Assembly: GCA_963818475.1 (NCBI GenBank)
Contig: CAWFSF010000005.1
Span: 96,001-160,000, forward strand
Direction: 5' to 3'
Length of the DNA: 64,000 nucleotides
Source: Nitrospirota bacterium
GTDB taxonomy: Bacteria; Nitrospirota; UBA9217
Part shown: piece after piece, positions 60,057-64,000 of the stretch
Numbering within the stretch: the stretch's first letter is position 1
Layout: the number at the start of each line of letters is the position of its first letter
The notes under the pieces: model-generated
What the model was told of the DNA's origin: nothing
What the model saw: only the letters and a program-made list of their open reading frames with translations
Database searches by the model: none
Made by a program: the position numbers and the translations under genes

Positions 60057-61624
60057 ACCGATCTCCATGAGCGCCCGTCGCGCTCCATCATTTGCCGAGC
60101 CTCGTCAGGTCCTTCGCTGCCCGCCGGGTAGATCGGGACCGGGACCCGTCCGCCTGACTCGAGGCCCTCAAGCAGCGGGGTGAGCGTGGACCAGGCAAGC
60201 TCCACGCTGTCCTCCCGCATGAACAGCATGTGGTCCCCCAGCATGCAGTCGAGCAGCACCCATTCGTACGCTTCGAGCAGTACGCCGCGCGGGTAGGAAT
60301 AGGTCATCCGGACCGGCTCGAGGCAGACCTTGGTGCCTGGCTGCTTCGTCTGGAAGGTGAGGCTCAGCCCTTCATCAGGCTGGATCCTCATCACCATCGT
60401 GTTCGGCTCGATGGGGCCGCTGATGGAGTCGGGGAACATGGAAAAAGGGACCTCTTTGAAGTGGATCGAGATCTCCGTTTTCCTGTTCGCGACCCGCTTG
60501 CCGGACCGCAGATAGAACGGCACGTCATGCCAGCGCCAGTTGTCCACGAACACCTTCATGGCCGCGTAGGTGGGCGTACGGGAGCTTTTGGACACTCCCT
60601 CCTCCTCGATATAACCGGGCACCTGCCGGCCCATGATGGTCCCCGGTCCGTACTGCCCCAAAACGACATGCTCCCCTATCCGGTCAGACGGGATCCTTCG
60701 TAAGGAACGGAGCACCTTGGCCTTCTCGTCCTGTACCCGGTCGGCGATGAACAGGGCCGGCGGCTCCATGGCTGTCAAGCAGAGCAGTTGGTACATGTGG
60801 TTCTGGAACATGTCGCGGATGATGCCTGCCTGCTCGTAATAGCCTGCCCGGTGCTCCACACCCAGGGTCTCGACAGCCGTGATCTGCACGTGGTCCAGGT
60901 AGCGCCGGTTCCACAGCGGCTCGAAGAGGGAGTTGGCGAACCGGAACATGAGGATATTCTGGACCGTTTCCTTGGCAAGATAATGGTCGATGCGGAAGAT
61001 CTGGCTTTCCTTATAATAAGTATGGACGAGCTGGTTCAGTTTCCGTGCCGAGGCCAGGTCGCGTCCAAAGGGCTTCTCGATGACGATATGGCTGCAGCCC
61101 CGGTCCTCCCGGTTGAGGCCGGCGGTCCCGAGATTATGGATCACTGATTCAAACACCTGCGGCGGAATGGCGAGATAGTACACCCGGTTGCCCCGGGTCT
61201 GGTGCTTCTCTTCGAGGCGGGGCAGGATGTCGACGAGGTCCTTCGTGTAGGAGGAAAGGTCGTCGTACTCGAAGGTCGCGTAGTAAATATGCAGAGCGAA
61301 CTCGTCCCAGTCCGCCTGGTCGAAGTCCAGGGGGAAGGCGTCCCGGACGGAATCACTCATCGCCGAACGGAACTGCTCCGTGGTGAAAGTGATGCGGCTC
61401 GTGCCGAGAATAAAGAATTGCTTCGGCAGCATCCTGTGCTGGAACAGGCGAAAGAGCGAGGGAAAAAGCTTTCTCTTCGTCAGATCGCCCGACGCTCCGA
61501 AGATGATGAGCCCTGCGGGCTGAGGCACCTCGACCTCGCAGTCGGCCACCATATGATATTCCTGCACGAGCTCCGCCCCGGTCCGGGACGTCGTTGCGCT
61601 CTCTTGAACGATGCGGTCCTCCAT
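60053..61624 (-). CDS. zwf: Glucose-6-phosphate 1-dehydrogenase
   Basis: [20 protein letters not shown] and RDMFQNH motifs. Confidence 0.96.
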   Translation of the reverse strand: MEDRIVQESATTSRTGAELVQEYHMVADCEVEVPQPAGLIIFGASGDLTKRKLFPSLFRLFQHRMLPKQFFILGTSRITFTTEQFRSAMSDSVRDAFPLDFDQADWDEFALHIYYATFEYDDLSSYTKDLVDILPRLEEKHQTRGNRVYYLAIPPQVFESVIHNLGTAGLNREDRGCSHIVIEKPFGRDLASARKLNQLVHTYYKESQIFRIDHYLAKETVQNILMFRFANSLFEPLWNRRYLDHVQITAVETLGVEHRAGYYEQAGIIRDMFQNHMYQLLCLTAMEPPALFIADRVQDEKAKVLRSLRRIPSDRIGEHVVLGQYGPGTIMGRQVPGYIEEEGVSKSSRTPTYAAMKVFVDNWRWHDVPFYLRSGKRVANRKTEISIHFKEVPFSMFPDSISGPIEPNTMVMRIQPDEGLSLTFQTKQPGTKVCLEPVRMTYSYPRGVLLEAYEWVLLDCMLGDHMLFMREDSVELAWSTLTPLLEGLESGGRVPVPIYPAGSEGPDEARQMMERDGRSWRSV

Positions 61625-61627
61625 GGC

Positions 61628-62512
61628 CTAGGCTATTTTCCGTTCCTCGATGCGGATCAGGGCGTTCCAGTCTTCCGAGAACCGCTCCATGCCCTTGTCC
61701 GTAAGCGGATGACGGATGTCGTATTCCTGCCAGGGCAGATCCAGGCTGAGGCTTTTATAATGGATCGGCTTCAGCGACCCAGCGGGATAACGGTAGTCGG
61801 GACCGGGCAGCTGCATCCCCTGCTCTCCCCAGGTCTTCAGTATGCGGAAGGGAGCGGTCACGATGTCGGAGCCGAGTCTGAGTGCATACAGAAGATGGTC
61901 GAGCGTGCGCACGCTCGCGGTCAGCACCTCCACGTGCCGGTCTCCACGCTTATAGAGCGCGAGGATGTTGGCGATCAAGTCCATGCCGTTCTCGCCGATG
62001 TCGTCCAGACGGCCGATGAATGGCGAAACGAACACCTGCCCGCGCTTCGCTCCCCGCGTGGCAGCGTACACCGCCGCCGCCTGTTCCAGCGAGAAGCAGA
62101 GGGTCATGTTCACGCGCATTCCTTTCTTCACCGCCTGCTCAGCTGCTTTCAATCCTTCCGTCGATGTGGGGAACTTGATGTGCGCGTTCGGGATCCATTT
62201 ATACATCTCGGCCGCCTGCGTGAGCATGGCAGCAGACGAGGTCCCGGCGTCGGCAAAGACCTCGATCGAGATCGAGCCGTTCGGGATGAGGTCGCCGATG
62301 GTATTGACGACCCTGTGGTAGAACGTAAGGAGCTCGAGCTCCGAGAACTTGTCGCCCGCATCGATGCGCTTGCGGGCTTCAGGATTCTTGGCCACCAGGG
62401 TCGGGTTCGTGGTCTGGCCGTCGAGAAATCCGAGCAGTTGTTTGATCTCCCTGGCCTCCTCCGGGTCTCCCCCGTCGAGGAAGATTCGTGTTCTTAATTT
62501 GTCGGGTTTCAT
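61628..62512 (-). CDS. tal: Transaldolase family protein
   Basis: GQTTNP, IKFP, NMTLCFS and SPFIGR motifs. Confidence 0.92.
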   Translation of the reverse strand: MKPDKLRTRIFLDGGDPEEAREIKQLLGFLDGQTTNPTLVAKNPEARKRIDAGDKFSELELLTFYHRVVNTIGDLIPNGSISIEVFADAGTSSAAMLTQAAEMYKWIPNAHIKFPTSTEGLKAAEQAVKKGMRVNMTLCFSLEQAAAVYAATRGAKRGQVFVSPFIGRLDDIGENGMDLIANILALYKRGDRHVEVLTASVRTLDHLLYALRLGSDIVTAPFRILKTWGEQGMQLPGPDYRYPAGSLKPIHYKSLSLDLPWQEYDIRHPLTDKGMERFSEDWNALIRIEERKIA

Positions 62513-62554
62513 AGGTATCGCCTCCTTGCGGTAAAGACAAACCTAAATCTTTTT

Positions 62555-62722
62555 TTGACACGGATCAAATCGGATAAGAGCCGGATAAAATCGGATTTTT
62601 TTTGAGCGTTACCGCGTCGTTCCGCTCCTCGCAATGACAGTATACGGACTTTTTTAGAGACCGTTTCATTTTCGATTTTATCCGCCCTTATCGGACGTTC
62701 ATCCGCTCCTTCCGTGTCCAAA
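62555..62722. repeat. Intergenic imperfect palindromic element (CGGAT/ATCCG arms)
   Basis: cacggatcaa.cggataagag.cggataa ... atccgcccttatc..ttccgtgtccaa; copies at 63677-63808 and ~49977-50110. Confidence 0.75.
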
Positions 62723-62733
62723 TGTTTTTCGCT

Positions 62734-63633
62734 TCAGCTCTTTTTCTTCAGCTCGTGCCCGCCGAACTCATGGCGCAGCACCGAAACGACCTTTGCGGTA
62801 TAACTCGGGTTCCTGGCCGAGGCCAGCCGGAAATCGAGGGACGCCTGGATCACGGGCACGGACACATCCAGTTCGCGCGCAGCCTCGATGGTCCACATCG
62901 CCTCTCCGCTCTGCGCAGCCGAGCCCGATACCTCCTTCAGGTCCGGCCCGAACTGCTCGTAGCCCTGCCGCAGCCAGTCCACGAGCCGGGACTCGATCAC
63001 GCTCCCGTGCTGATAGAGGTTCGCGATGGCAGCCATGTCGAGGCCGAAGGGGGACGTCTTCAGCACCGTGAACCCCTCCGCCAGCGCCTGCATCATCCCG
63101 TATTCGATGCCGTTATGCACCATCTTGACGAAATGGCCGGAACCTGCGGGGCCGGTATAAACGTACCCGTTCTCCACGGCAAGATCGCGGAACAACGCCT
63201 CGCGGGCACTGAACGTCTCTTCCCGTCCTCCTACCATGATGCAGGCCCCGGTGCGCGCACCGGCCGGGCCGCCGCTGATGCCTGCGTCGAGAAAGTCGAT
63301 GCCGAGGCGCTGCAATTCCGCGGCCCTCCGCATCGAATGTTTGTAAGGCGAATTGCCGCCGTCGATCACCGTGTCTCCCTTTGTCAGAAAGGGCATCAGC
63401 TCCTGGAGAACAGCGTCAACAGCCGCGAAGGGCACCATGATCCAAAACAGGCGCGGAGCCGCAAGACTGCGCGCCATCTCCTCGAGCGCCTTTGCCTGTT
63501 CCGCGCCCTTTGCCGCGATGGCCGAAACAGCCTCTTGGTTAATGTCAAAGACCACGACCTGATGTTTCTTCTCCAGGAGCCGCTCCACCATGTTGTAGCC
63601 CATCTTGCCGAGGCCGATGTATCCCAGTTTCAT
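62734..63633 (-). CDS. gnd: 6-phosphogluconate dehydrogenase (decarboxylating, short form)
   Basis: GLGKMG, IDGGNS and GHFVKMVHNGIEY motifs. Confidence 0.96.
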   Translation of the reverse strand: MKLGYIGLGKMGYNMVERLLEKKHQVVVFDINQEAVSAIAAKGAEQAKALEEMARSLAAPRLFWIMVPFAAVDAVLQELMPFLTKGDTVIDGGNSPYKHSMRRAAELQRLGIDFLDAGISGGPAGARTGACIMVGGREETFSAREALFRDLAVENGYVYTGPAGSGHFVKMVHNGIEYGMMQALAEGFTVLKTSPFGLDMAAIANLYQHGSVIESRLVDWLRQGYEQFGPDLKEVSGSAAQSGEAMWTIEAARELDVSVPVIQASLDFRLASARNPSYTAKVVSVLRHEFGGHELKKKS

Positions 63634-63856
63634 TTTCGATCCTCACACTTTGTATGAACGTGAAAAGTCTTTTTGCCACGGATCAATGCGGATAAGAGTC
63701 GGATAAGTTCGGATTTTTTTCTCAGAAAAAACCCATTCTTTGGAAAAAATACCCGCCTCTGTTCCCATCCGCCCTTATCAGAAGTTCATCCGACACTTCC
63801 GTGTCCAAGGTTTTATTCCCTTTTGTCCAAATTATGATGCGTCCCTTACCCTGACG

Positions 63857-64000
63857 CTAGTGTGCACATTCCTTCTCGATTTCCAATGATTTTGCCGACG
63901 CGTCGGACGTGGCGCTCGGCCTTGGAGAACTTCGCGGCAAGGAACGTGCGCACGACCTCCTTGGCGAGTTCCGGCCCGACCACCCGCGCGCCGAGGCAGA
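63857..64000 (-). CDS. rpiB: Ribose-5-phosphate isomerase B, 3' part only
   Basis: CLGARVVGPELA..FLAAKF..ERHVRRVGKI; truncated by window edge. Confidence 0.85.
   Translation of the reverse strand, partial: SASARGWSGRNSPRRSCARSLPRSSPRPSATSDASAKSLEIEKECAH

Overview
High-GC Gram-negative bacterial window. The gene content (MglA GTPase, ExtH/ExtI-like pair, DUF3365 diguanylate cyclase, c7 cytochrome remnant) suggests Nitrospirota or Desulfobacterota, but this is inference. Many genes, including core ones such as uvrC, are split by single-base indels, most likely long-read assembly errors. The left ~28 kb (849-28749) is a coherent phosphate-starvation region lying between tRNA-Leu(CAG) and a 14-bp copy of that tRNA's 3' end. 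It carries phoBR, pstSCAB-phoU, psiE and a porin, and nine promoters of near-identical architecture (four half-sites at 11-bp period, then 10 nt, then a -10 hexamer). These promoters put many uncharacterised genes in the Pho regulon: (a) an operon with a TPR-like membrane protein, a 65-aa GYNPNSSS peptide, a radical SAM/SPASM enzyme, a STEAP-like heme membrane protein and a cohesin-like secreted protein; (b) a PHP phosphoesterase plus GT21 glycosyltransferase; (c) a CBS-histidine kinase relay; (d) a secreted multi-domain phosphatase plus HupE/UreJ; (e) duplicated small proteins; (f) decayed c7-cytochrome and TPR gene remnants. The right part holds an IS1202/ISNCY-type element in a 13-bp tandem array, core genes (cysE, ispDF, uvrC), a rhodanese/ExtHI-like cluster, a c-di-GMP-II riboswitch-controlled secreted protein, a pterin operon and the oxidative pentose phosphate operon.
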